Below, one piece after another: positions 28,876 to 39,450 of a stretch of 64,000 nt of DNA. Position numbers and translations under genes: made by a program. Numbering within the stretch: position 1 is the stretch's first letter; each line of letters opens with the position of its first letter. The notes below the pieces were generated by a model, which saw only the letters and a list, made by a program, of their open reading frames with translations, did not search any database and had not been told where the DNA came from. The DNA is from Eledone cirrhosa (taxonomy: Eukaryota): contig OZ024741.1 of assembly GCA_964016885.1 (NCBI GenBank), forward strand, positions 83,824,001-83,888,000, given 5' to 3'.

Positions 28876-28916
28876 AGATAGATAGGTAGATAGATAGATA
28901 GATAGATAATAGATAA

Positions 28917-29690
28917 ATTTCTTTATTAGCCACAAGGGCACAAAAGAAGTGGAGAAATACAAATGGGGAGTTTACATACAGGTATATGAAAATAAAACTA
29001 TTAATAAAACAACAAATAACAATTGAAATCCGCAATAGGGGGGAGGCGTTACACGGGGGTTGTACACACCCCGAAAAAATGTACAACCCTCATCTCCAGG
29101 AGCACCAAGAGTGAGTACTCTCTTCCTCTCCTCCTCTTTTTCCTCAACCTACAGGCTTATATAGAGAGAAGGCCCAACCTCTCGGGCCATCTTTCCCACA
29201 TTCACCCACATTTCATAAAATTTTCCGGGGTACAGCAACTCTCTCTCCATCCTGATTCTTCTTCCAAGATAATACTTGAAAAAACGAATCAGTTGTTCGC
29301 CGGAGAGAAAAGTGTCTGACGTCAGCCCTTTTAACCTCGTCCACCATATAACCTCTTTCACCATAGTCATAACACATAGGAAATCAGCCTCTCATTCGTT
29401 TTTGAAGGAGGGTGGTGGTTTGATCATGACAATGGACTAGGTGGTCAACTGGATTGGTCCCACCCGCGACAATAGTCGTTCTACACAGCCCCAAAAGTCG
29501 GTAACGCCCGGGCAGTGTACAAATGCGTGCGCGACGAGGAAACTGTCACGCACGCATCTCGGACAGATTTTTTTCGAAGAGTCCCTGCCCGGTCGCCCGT
29601 GTCTGTAGAGCTTGTCTCGAACTGATAGAGTTCCTCGGTAGCACTGCCAGGCCAGGGATTTTTGGAAGTTGTCCATCGGTCTCGGGCGGA
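28917..29690 (-). mobile_element. 3' end of another Tx1-like copy (zinc-finger C-terminus + 3' UTR), in tandem upstream of the previous copy
   Basis: DNFQKSLAWQCYRG..CPRC..HAFVHC; ends cccttgtggctaataaagaaat followed by (TCTA)n. Confidence 0.8.
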
Positions 29691-29965
29691 AGCTCCTACC
29701 GAATAGACTGGCCAGTTCGTAGATATATAGACAGATATATAGACAGATATATAGAGAGAACGCAAGTAAAATAAATGATATTTCACTGGAATATATGAAA
29801 TTATTTGGCAGGGAACAGCCACTAGTCGTTGTGATTTGTTGATGTGTTATTGTTGTTGTTTTGTTGGTGGTGCTGTTCTTGTTGTGTGATTGATACTAAA
29901 ACAAATATTTCACACAAAAGTACATTAACGTAACTTTAATATATTTGTTTGTGATTAATTTCAAC

Positions 29966-30048
29966 TGAAGAGCGTAGAAATACTGCTATTTACACATTTA
30001 TCGTGTGTATTAGAAATATACATAGATAGATAAAGAGAGAGAGGTATG

Positions 30049-30128
<80 letters not shown>

Positions 30129-30207
30129 CATACCTCTCTCTCTTTATCTATGTATATTTCTAATACACACGATAAATGTGTAAATAGCAGTATTTCTCCG
30201 CTCTTCA
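29966..30207. repeat. Palindrome with about 90-bp arms centred on a (TA)n tract
   Basis: tgaagagcgtagaaatactgctatttacac.. / ..gtgtaaatagcagtatttctccgctcttca. Confidence 0.85.
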
Positions 30208-30208
30208 C

Positions 30209-30303
<95 letters not shown>

Positions 30304-30344
30304 CTGCGTGTGTGTGTACATACATATACATATAAATAATTGAC

Positions 30345-30540
30345 TAAGGAATTGTGGTAAGGAACCAGAGGACCATAACGCACTAGAGTACTCAATACTC
30401 AGGGTAGTAGAGTGGGTAATAGGAAAAAGTATGACCCCGACGGCAGAGCTCAAGCCGTTTCGACGGGTATTTCTGGACTCAGAAATAGCCGTCGAAACGG
30501 CTTGAGCTCTGCTGTCGGGATCTTACCTTTTCCTATAAAT
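30345..30540. mobile_element. Short PLE-type family with a fold-back (30433-30522) carrying HHR 3' halves; other fragments at 12189-12262, 20720, 21398-21450 and 43575-43690
   Basis: Shared gaccccgacggc.gagctc..gccgtttcgac; GAAA-CGGC..GCCG-UC-GGGGUC. Confidence 0.65.
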
Positions 30541-30871
30541 ATTTGTATATATATATATATACTTAATTATATATATATAAAAACAAATAACGAAACGAAA
30601 TTAAATTTCGTTTCGTTTGTAACTCACTTTTGTATGACTGACGCTTAAACAATTAAGTTAAAAATGTACATCCACATATGTATACTGAAATACTAGTATG
30701 CATATGAATACACACACGTGTACATATGTAGATGTACCGAGTTTTTCACTGGACACTTTACTGTGAGTGTCCAGCTATTCTGTATGTAAACACACAGACA
30801 AACCGGTTTTTAGAGTCATACTGGTTTTCGAGGAAACACCTTTCCTCTATTCTCCAGAAAGCCAGACAAGG

Positions 30872-30916
30872 AATATTGGACTAGTTTCGATGTTGTTACA
30901 TCTCATCAGCAATATT
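30872..30916 (-). ncRNA. Canonical minimal type I hammerhead ribozyme
   Basis: AAUAUUG-CUGAUGA-GAUGU(aaca)ACAUC-GAAA-CUAG-UC-CAAUAUU; 7-bp stem I, 5-bp stem II, GUC site. Confidence 0.9.
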
Positions 30917-31001
30917 TACCTATCTTCCGGCCTTTCTAGAGAATCGTAAAAGCACATATCGTTATATGCTTTTTCTATGAAAATTAGTAGTGGGCAGACT
31001 A

Positions 31002-31009
31002 ATTTGCAT
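31002..31009 (-). promoter_or_regulatory. Octamer ATGCAAAT upstream of the HHR (also at 31468-31475 and 6153-6160)
   Basis: Exact octamer in the conserved context actcac..tATGCAAATtag.ctgc.ca in two diverged families; function is inferred. Confidence 0.45.
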
Positions 31010-31337
31010 AGAGCGTGAGTACGTACCGGTTCAGCGGAGACGATAAAAACAAATAACGAAACGAAATTAAATTTCGTTTCGTTTGTAACTCACTTTTGTA
31101 TGACTGACGCTTAAACAATTAAGTTAAAAATGTACATCCACATATGTATACTGAAATACTAGTATGCATATGAATACACACACGTGTACATATGTAGATG
31201 TACCGAGTTTTTCACTGGACACTTTACTGTGAGTGTCCAGCTATTCTGTATGTAAACACACAGACAAACCGGTTTTTAGAGTCATACTGGTTTTCGAGGA
31301 AACACCTTTCCTCTATTCTCCAGAAAGCCAGACAAGG

Positions 31338-31382
31338 AATATTGGACTAGTTTCGATGTTGTTACATCTCATCAGCAATATT
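31338..31382 (-). ncRNA. Canonical minimal type I hammerhead ribozyme (second unit)
   Basis: Same sequence as 30872-30916, 466 bp away. Confidence 0.9.
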
Positions 31383-31644
31383 TACCTATCTTCCGGCCTT
31401 TCTAGAGAATCGTAAAAGCACATATCGTTATATGCTTTTTCTATGAAAATTAGTAGTGGGCAGACTAATTTGCATAGAGCGTGAGTACGTACCGGTTCAG
31501 CGGAGACGATAAAAACAAATAACGAAACGAAATTAAATTTCGTTTCGTTTGTAACAAATTAGTCTGCCCACTACTAATTTTCATAGAAAAAGCATATAAC
31601 GATATGTGCTTTTACGATTCTCTAGAAAGGCCGGAAGATAGGTA

Positions 31645-31689
31645 AATATTGCTGATGAGATGTAACAACATCGAAACTAGTCCAATATT
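31645..31689 (+). ncRNA. Canonical minimal type I hammerhead ribozyme (inverted copy)
   Basis: aatattg ctgatga gatgtaacaacatc gaaa ctag tc caatatt. Confidence 0.9.
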
Positions 31690-31910
31690 CCTTGTCTGGC
31701 TTTCTGGAGAATAGAGGAAAGGTGTTTCCTCGAAAACCAGTATGACTCTAAAAACCGGTTTGTCTGTGTGTTTACATACAGAATAGCTGGACACTCACAG
31801 TAAAGTGTCCAGTGAAAAACTCGGTACATCTACATATGTACACGTGTGTGTATTCATATGCATACTAGTATTTCAGTATACATATGTGGATGTACATTTT
31901 TAACTTAATT

Positions 31911-31982
<72 letters not shown>

Positions 31983-32439
31983 ATGTGTGTGCGTGAGTGT
32001 GTGTGATTGTGTGTGTGTGTTTATGTATGTGTATGTGTGTCTGTGTATGCAAAACTTAAACGGAAATAACAAGGCAGTGTAAGTTTAACGCATTATATTC
32101 GTAATTACACGTAACATATGTTGCGCAAATAACCAGCTCTGACCCTTAATCCATTACAATCAGCTTCAAGTCTGGTCTCCACTGCAATTATCGATTCAAG
32201 ATCAAGGCTTATTGTAATTGTTTCACCCTCATCACCTTCATCATAGGCGGAACATTTGGTAGGCGCTTTTACGATAAATTGTACTAAACTGAAAATTCGA
32301 TCTTAACATAGAGAATATTACGCCAATAACAATCAGATTTCGGCGTTAATATAAACACTTAACGCTGTATACTCAATCCATGTGAAACCTGGTGCCATCT
32401 ATAGTAGTATATCATTATTTACCAAGTGACACTATATAA

Positions 32440-32880
32440 CATCATCAGCATCGTATTTTTTATGCTGGACACAATAATCCCTAAGTAGGGGTAAGACCTG
32501 CCTGACAGCACTCCTTAAAATACTGTTCCGTGTGTTTCTGTCAGCCGTTCTCATGTGGGCCAGGCCAAGCTTAGGTTGATCCCAACGGACATCCTCCATC
32601 CAAGGCCTTGTTGGTCTTCCTGGGCTACTACAGCCTCCTTGATCGATATTCCTCACTTTGCTGATCCAGTCCTCACTGTGCTCGACGCCAGTACCAGAGC
32701 AAGCGTCTCGTGTGAAGCACATCCCCGAGACCGTCGATCAGCAGTTTTAAGGAGCACAGTTGAGCTGACATCATTCTCAGTGGCCATACCGCACATCCAG
32801 CGGTTCGTTTCTTCTGCGCCGATTCAGACAGTCGAATGATATGGTCCAGGTATCGCTAACAGCAAGTAACACGCCTCTCT
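32440..32880 (-). pseudogene. Degenerate 3' fragment of an RTE-like LINE
   Basis: PGRPTRPWMEDVRWD..LG....TADR resembles the RTE C-terminal GRP..W.D...D...A.DR pattern. Confidence 0.55.
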
Positions 32881-33733
32881 TCTGTCGAGAGCTTTATTCG
32901 ATTTGTGATATTGTTATATTTTTATATTTTTATATTTGCTTGACCCGAATTACTTGATCGTTTTTTCGCTGAGCGGATGATTAGTTTAACCACCATCTCT
33001 AACGTATGTTGTAGCTCTAATTCATATGAATTATCGAGCGCTTGCCACACAACTCGGAAGTGTTTTTCGTTAATTCCTGAGCTGAAATTCGATCCTCGCT
33101 AATTTATACTTGTATTAATCCCCAGTGTCCAGCTATTGGCCAGTTAATTTTATCGATTTTTTTTGGTTGATTCTATTGACTGTTGAATAGCTTTGTTATA
33201 TTGAACCATTCTGTCGAGAGCTTTATTCGATTTGTGATATTTTGCATTTTCGCAATATTATACACACCTGAATTCATTCGCCTAATATAGGTGTTGCTTC
33301 CCTTGCTGAACTCCACGTGGGGTCAGTAACAGACAAACTTATGTATACCATTGAGGAAAAAACCTGTTGATAACGTGACTTCCTTGTTCAGTCATCTTTC
33401 CAGAAGCCTCACATCCTTCATGTAAGCGGATAGTAAATGACTTATGGAGCCGCAGAAAACTAAATACTGGATTTTACCATCTCTCCAGGGGTCCGGGTAA
33501 ATTTTCATTCATATATATTTTTATATATTTTTATATTTTTATATTTGCTTGACCCGAATTATTTGATCGTTGTTTCGCTGAGCGGATGATTAGTTTAACC
33601 ACCATCTCAATGTATTTGGCCTTTAACGTATGTTGTAGCTCTAATTCATATGAATTATCGAGCGCTTGCCACATAACTCGGAAGTGATTTTTCGTTAATT
33701 CCTGAGCTGAAATTCGATTCTCGCTAATTTATA

Positions 33734-33737
<4 letters not shown>
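32880..33737. repeat. About 610-bp partial tandem duplication (pLTR-like)
   Basis: ttgcttgacccgaatta..tcgctaatttatactt at about 32935-33110 and 33545-33737. Confidence 0.65.
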
Positions 33738-33786
<49 letters not shown>

Positions 33787-34211
33787 TAAATCATGTCTAT
33801 AGAATCAATCAGATATTATATATATATATATATATAAGGCCCCCATGTCGCTACTGACCATAGTTTTGCATCTAGATACCCCCACCCCACGACAAAAACC
33901 TGGGAAAGGTTTGTTTGTGGAATACCACCAGTTGCCCATGCATACAAGTCCCCCATCTTGCCCTCTCCGCGACACCGGTGTTGTCCAGCAGGAAAGGCAA
34001 AGGCTGATACAGATTAGAACCAGTGACGTCTCAACTCATTTCTACAGCTTAGTGAATTGGAGCAACCTGAAATAAAGTGCCTTGCTCAAAGACAGAACGC
34101 ATCACCTGCTGATGTGAAATTGCGTGGCTTAGTTGTTAGAGCGTTGGGCTTGCAATTGAGAGGTTATGTGTTCTCGGAACGGATGATATATTTATATATA
34201 TATATATATAC

Positions 34212-34527
34212 ATTTTGAGTATATATTTGCTGTATACCAACACTTCAGTATGCAGATTGGAGCACTCGACGAAGTGTGCAGGTTGGTTTGGTTAGTCCGG
34301 AGTAATGTAAAATAAAATAAAATAAATAAGTCAAACGTTTAAAATTTGGCTTCGTTTATTACTGCTATATATATTTCGGTGACAGCCATCTTTGGCTGTG
34401 ACCTCTTCAGGCAGTCCGAATTAGTGTGGTAGAGAGAGGAGTACACATGTTGTTGAGGTGTATAACTTTGTCAGTACTCTGATATGTCCAGCTCCTGGTT
34501 GGGTTGTTATTTCACTGAGGAACTGGA

Positions 34528-34530
<3 letters not shown>
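34212..34530 (-). mobile_element. Second copy of the 10.2-kb HHR element; HHR at 34362-34414
   Basis: CUGC-CUGAAGA-GGUCACAGCC..GGCUGUCACC-GAAA-UAUAUA-UA-GCAG; (TA)n flanks. Confidence 0.8.
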
Positions 34531-34566
<36 letters not shown>

Positions 34567-34570
<4 letters not shown>

Positions 34571-37500
34571 TAAAATAACAGATTAAAGTTTAAGCAAAGA
34601 ATCGCTGCTTTCACCCTTAACGGGATCTTCTGAAACTAACAAAGTCAATCTGTAAACGCAGAACTGGATATTTCAAAAAACGTTGCAACCGGATGAAGAC
34701 AGGAAGACGATATTTTGGTTTGTGGAAACGTTCGCTGGCAAAGAACGGGAAAAAACGAATAATACGTCATTAATAGAAGCGGTGAAAAACAATTACGCGC
34801 AAAGACAGAACCACGTTTATGGTATAAAAGAGATCGTAGACTAATGTTCTCTTAGGTGTTGCATAGAGACGTTCTCTGGCAATGAACGAAAAAACGAAGA
34901 TAATAAGTCATATGTGGTGGAACCCAGCATTGCTACCCTTCTAAAATGATGTCTTGGAACTCATTCGGAGTATCAAATTTCGGAATAGGAGCAATTCCTT
35001 CCAGCTAGACCTGAAGAATAGAATTCGTTCTATTAAGGATTCTAATGCCGTGCACGTCCATTCCGACAAAACTGGCAACCTATATCAAGTGGAGCGCAGT
35101 ACTTACCATCAACTACTACATAATGCTGTAACTAAGGATTACCGTAAAACTAATCGGTGTGTCGTCAATTAAATCAACGATGCTGGGTTTAAAATCACAT
35201 CTGATCTTAACATCCTGGACTGGACCGAACCTCTGGACCCTATCTCTCCCCACTTTACCCTGAAGGATCACAAATCCAATTTTCCGAACAACCCTTCTAT
35301 TCGGCTTATTAACCCTACGAAGTCCGATGTAGGTAGACTTAGTAAAACGATTCTTGATAGAATTATACCTGAAATTAGAAGTTTGGCCCCTCTCGCACTG
35401 TGGAACAATTCTTTCGCGGTGATTGATTGGTTGAACGGCATATGTAACAAGGAACATTGCCGTTTTATCCAATTCGACATCAACAATTACTACTCCTCCA
35501 TCACTTTACCACTTCTCCTTAGAGCTATCAATTTCGCTAAAACACTCACAGTGGTTAAGGATTTCGAAGTTGATGTCATCCTTAATGCCCGAAAGTCGGT
35601 GATTAATTTCGACGACTCTATTTGGATTAAAAAATCCAATAATACCCCATTCGACGTGAGTATGGGCGCCAGTGACTCTGCGGAGGTTACTGATCTTATT
35701 GGCCTTTTCCTTCTTTTCTCTATCAAGGACGAATTCGCCAACGCGGGCGGTGGTTTGTACCGTGACGATGGTCTTTTGACCATGACTAAGTGCGGACCTC
35801 GTGCTTGCGACAGGTTCAGAAAAGAACTCACAGCCTTCTTTAAAGGCTTCAACCTCTCTATACAGGTTGAGGCCAATCTCTCGGTCGTTAATTACCTCGA
35901 CGTTACCCTCAATTTATTGAATGGGTTGTATTACCCGTATAGAAAGCCGAATGATACGCTTAATTACATAAGTAAGCATTCCAACCATCCTGCCAGCATA
36001 ACCAAGAACCTGGTAAAAAACCTTTCGTTGAGGCTTTCCCGTCTTTCCACCAACGAGCGCATTTTCAACGACCATTCCACTTATTACAATGAAGCTCTTG
36101 CTCGAAGTGAATTTGTCGATAAGGTAGCATATACAGAGTACGAAAATAGACCTAGAAGAAATAGATCCCGTCGCATTTGTTGGTTTAACCCACCATATAA
36201 TATGGAGGTGGCAGCACCATTAGCTAAGATCTTTCTTTGCCTTATTACGAAGCATTTTCCCCCTACACATAAATATAGTAACATTTTTAATAGAAATACT
36301 ATTAAAATTTCTTACTCTACGACTCCTAACCTTGCACATAACATCACAGCTTCAAATTTAGCTAAACTACCTAGCCGTAGGAACACGTGCAACCCTGTAG
36401 GTAGTACTAACTGTAATTGTAGGAATCGGGCTGATTGCCCCCTATCCGGGAAATGCCTCTCTAGTAACATTGTCTACAAATGTAAGGTTGTAACACCCAC
36501 GTCCCGTAGGGCCTACATAGTGTTAACCGCCAATAGTTTCAAGCAGCGTCTTTAAATGCATAACCATTCTTTTCGTTACCCTCTAAGAAGGAATATGACG
36601 TCATTTTCAGCTTATATCTGGAGTCTAAAAGACAACCACACCCAATATAAGTTACACTGGGAGATCCTAGCTAGGGCTAGATCGTATTACGGAAATAAAA
36701 GACCATGTGACCTCTGCGCCGCTGAGGCCCTGGAAATACTCTACGCCACAGACCACATCTTAAAAAAAATATCTGAGGCAATTTCGGCTTGTAAACATAA
36801 ATTGCACAAAACTTTTCTGTATTACAGCCCCACGTTATACCCTAACGGATAGCACGATCTATACGTGGATATTTTACGTCTTGATGTGGGAGCTAAGTAT
36901 ATGTTTTGTTTATTCCTTTACTTATTTGCATAGGTAAGTATATATTACCCGTATGTTTTGTGAAGGTATGTATACCTTCTCGTACGTATATTTGACTGTT
37001 ATGGCGTATAATCTTTACATATTCTGGTATTTAGTGTTTGGCTATGTGTATACGGGAGTTTTGCGTCTGCGTGAGTATGCAGGTTCGTACGTATGGTGGG
37101 TGTGTGTATATGTGTACTTCTTGTTTTAGTTGACTTACGTCTCCGAACATTCGTCTATTTATTTGTAGGTATGTGTGTGCGCTTCTTATATACGTATTTA
37201 CTTACTTATATACGTTTATATAATTATTTATTTATTTGTACACAAGCATACACACACACACATATTTATATGTGAGTGGTTTTGTATACCTATGGTAAGG
37301 TTTTGCGTATGCTTGTGTATGTACGTATCTGTTTGCGTGTATGTATTTATTTGTTTCTATTACTTCTGTATTGTATTTATTTACTTTGTTCTTAACTCTG
37401 TAGCGGAGATTCATTTGGTCTCCTAGTTAGAATTTTAGTCTACGACTTCTGCTATACCATTTACGTGGTTTTGTCTTTGCGCGCTTTGTTCTCCACGCTC

Positions 37501-37890
37501 CACATATGACTTATTATCTTCGTTTTTTCGTTCATTGCCAGAGAACGTCTCTATGCACCACCTAAGAGAACATTAGTCTACGACCTCTTTTATACCATAA
37601 ACGTGGTTCTGTCTTTGCACGTAATTGTTTTTCACCGCTCCTATTAATGACGCATTATTGGTTTTTTCCCGTTCTTTGCCAGCGAACGTTACCACGAACC
37701 AAAATATCGTCTTCCTGTCTTCCTCCGGTTGCAACGTTTACAGATTGACTTTGTTAGTTTCAGAAGATCCCGTTAAGGGTGAAAGCAGCGATTCTTTCTG
37801 TTATTTTAATAAATATTTGCTCTACGGTTCTTATATATTTGATATATATTTTCCTTATCGAGCCCTCTCTGGATTTTAGTCTTCAATTTT
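34567..37890 (+). mobile_element. Hydra-like PLE, 5'-truncated with in-frame stops (RT-GIY-YIG about 34920-36852); inverted pLTR copy at 34567-34918
   Basis: [30 protein letters not shown], CNCx5C, IVYKC, KQRL, CDLC; 34567-34918 is the reverse complement of about 37500-37811. Confidence 0.9.
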
Positions 37891-37898
37891 ATTACTAT

Positions 37899-38048
<150 letters not shown>

Positions 38049-38164
38049 GATGATAATATTGACTAAAAGGTTGCAGCTGCGATTAGCATTTTTCGAAATC
38101 TTCAGAAGCCGGCACGAAGCACTCAATGAGATGATATCGATAATCAGAGTAATATATATATATA

Positions 38165-38255
38165 TAGAAGTGGTAACACAACAGTTAGTTCAACATACCG
38201 TTCTCGGTATGGTGAACTAACTGTTATGAACTGAATTGTTGTGTTACCACTTCTA
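38165..38255. repeat. Hairpin palindrome
   Basis: tagaagtggtaacacaaca..cataccg(ttct)cggtatg..tgttgtgttaccacttcta. Confidence 0.75.
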
Positions 38256-38355
38256 ACTAACTCGTCCCATGGGCTGAGTGCTTTACCACTACGGATATTA
38301 CCTTCCAGTGTTCTACCTCTCTCTTCCCATATATATATATATATACATATATTCA

Positions 38356-38491
38356 ATTATATAATAAACAACACAATATGGTTATTCAATTAACTGAGGT
38401 TTCATGAATCTAGACAATCTTAACAGAGACGTCTAGTTTCATGAAACCTTAGGTAGTGGAATAATGATATTGTGTTTATTATTATATAATT
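38356..38491. repeat. Fold-back palindrome with an HHR 3' half
   Basis: Arms mirror each other; centre catgaatctagac..gtctagtttcat followed by GAAA-CCTTAGG-TA. Confidence 0.7.
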
Positions 38492-38544
38492 AAATAGTTG
38501 TGTACTATACATAGAACACTCTCCTTTCCTTTACCTTTTCTATG

Positions 38545-38697
<153 letters not shown>

Positions 38698-38749
38698 GCA
38701 ACGGGTCACTTTGTGACTCAATGAAGAGTTAATAAATTAAATAATCAGA

Positions 38750-39450
38750 GCTATATATCATAAAAATGTCTATAGAATCACCTGATAAAATATATACCGT
38801 TTCCTCTCCCAATTAGCTTAATTAACCATATAAAAAATCGATTAGACCAAGCTATAAGAATATATATATATATAAGAATATATATATGTAAACCTTTATA
38901 TGTAATAATCTCCCGTTAGGTTGAGATACAATTTTGGCTGTATTGTGCTGCGCTTTCTAACAAAAGGCCACCAGCCGTAAGCAACTAATCACATTCTTTT
39001 CTAACCTGACCGCTGCTACGTCACGACTCTTAGCCATTTTTGAATGTATTCTTGACCCGATCACTTTGGAAAATTAATTGTCTAAATTTGAACTAACTCC
39101 TGAAGAGTCCGGTGCTCAAGATGTCCAATGTTATCGGATATTTTAAAATGCGGACGAAACCATGGTAGAGGTAACTAAATATGTTCACTTTTCTCCTCGT
39201 TTATTTTACACCTAATTCCGTTTAGTTGACTGTATATCTGGACGATTTATACACGCTGTCGAAATACTCGATAAATACTCCGTCGCAACCGCCGCGAAGG
39301 GATGCTTTCGCTTATTTGTCGGAGATTTCTTCATAGAAGCCTTTATTCTTATAGCTTCGTCTAATCGATTTTTTATATGGTTAATTATGCTAATTGTGGG
39401 AGGAAACGGTATATATTTTATCTGGTGATTCTATAGAGATGTTTTATGAT
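38750..39450 (+). mobile_element. HHR-bearing element with about 105-bp inverted ends
   Basis: 38750-38858 is the reverse complement of about 39347-39452; internal HHR. Confidence 0.7.
39097..39170 (+). ncRNA. Hammerhead ribozyme
   Basis: CUC-CUGAAGA-GUCCG..long stem II..CGGAC-GAAA-CCAUGG-UA-GAG; palindromic ACCAUGGU. Confidence 0.8.

Larger units (their letters stand above)
30579..31914 (-). mobile_element. Retrozyme-like element: 466-bp unit x2.1 in tandem plus inverted copy (31555-31914)
   Basis: Units start at 30579, 31045 and 31511 and look identical; three canonical HHRs; no coding capacity; (TA)n flanks. Confidence 0.9.

Noticed and set aside
30767-31794. Identical 60-aa ORF occurring three times
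   Set aside because: Follows from the repeat unit; GTG start, antisense to the HHR, no recognisable domain
32040-32410. Possible Helitron 3' end near 32380-32408
   Set aside because: Hairpin and CTAG terminus are too degenerate
37756-37795. HHR-like CAGAAGA-tccc(gttaa)gggt-GAAA in the pLTR (mirror at about 34600-34635)
   Set aside because: Core U4 is changed and there is no convincing stem III or NUH site; at best a decayed ribozyme
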